A stretch of DNA of 62,778 nt, counting the filler. It is 9 parts of 9 records of this genome, joined end to end, with 100 filler letters (N's around TTAATTAATTAA, not from the genome) between each part and the next. Parts side by side here need not be neighbours in the genome. Positions count along the whole stretch, not along the records: positions 57,642 to 62,778 come from DRR723986_13536; 8 more parts are not named here. One strand, written 5' to 3'. Shown one piece after another: positions 62,755-62,778 of this stretch. A model generated the notes under the pieces. It did not search any database, had not been told where the DNA came from, and worked only from the letters and a program-made list of their open reading frames with translations. The position numbers were made by a program, and so were the translations under genes. Within the stretch, counting starts at the first letter, position 1. The number at the start of each line of letters is the position of its first letter.

Positions 62755-62778
62755 TCCTGCCGCCGGGGGTTAAGGGGG

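Noticed and set aside
1-62778. CRISPR arrays, tRNA/rRNA genes, prophage or anti-phage defence operons
   Set aside because: I saw no regularly spaced repeats, cloverleafs or phage gene clusters. The WYL gene, FAN1-like gene and AAA+ ATPases lie on different contigs in housekeeping contexts.

Overview
This window is not one genome. It is nine unrelated contigs joined by eight 100-nt spacers (N-run + TTAATTAATTAA + N-run), so adjacency across spacers means nothing. (1) 1-5630: alphaproteobacterial-like glycan locus (LegC-type aminotransferase, UDP-GlcNAc 4,6-dehydratase, sugar transferase, GNAT). Next to it are a complete but nonsense-inactivated ISL3 element with an 8-bp target duplication and the end of an IS3 element. 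(2) 5731-13725: Rhodobacteraceae-like dxs', SDR, paaABCDE, phosphoesterase, DddQ-like cupin, serA'. (3) 13826-20721: gammaproteobacterial alaS', HIT, Trm112, M23 peptidase, greB, Fur-boxed TonB receptor, serine hydrolase, gcvP'. (4) 20822-27024: Marinobacter-like urtDE, amiE, AmiB-type AAA+, fmdA/fmdB and DUF3047, ending in tandem NrdR boxes and a cobalamin riboswitch. (5) 27125-33606: recB'/recC, a two-gene hypothetical operon behind a near-perfect Fur box, and a FAN1-like nuclease. (6) 33707-39264: ftsH', beta-oxidation genes, GST and REP-like repeats. (7) 39365-48113: a eukaryotic, microsatellite-flanked ~8.3-kb exon encoding a giant mosaic extracellular protein (LamG, bacterial-type Ig, cadherin-like, LRR, Ig, EGF, Cys-rich and three phage tail-fibre-like repeats). 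(8) 48214-57541: exopolysaccharide cluster with a sulfotransferase and a secreted beta-helix protein. (9) 57642-62778: P450', class I aldolase, an HTH-WYL regulator divergent from tatABC, and a DUF815 ATPase. The strongest novelty candidates are the eukaryotic mosaic protein and the Fur-boxed hypothetical operon. All family and taxon calls come from motif recognition, not database searches.
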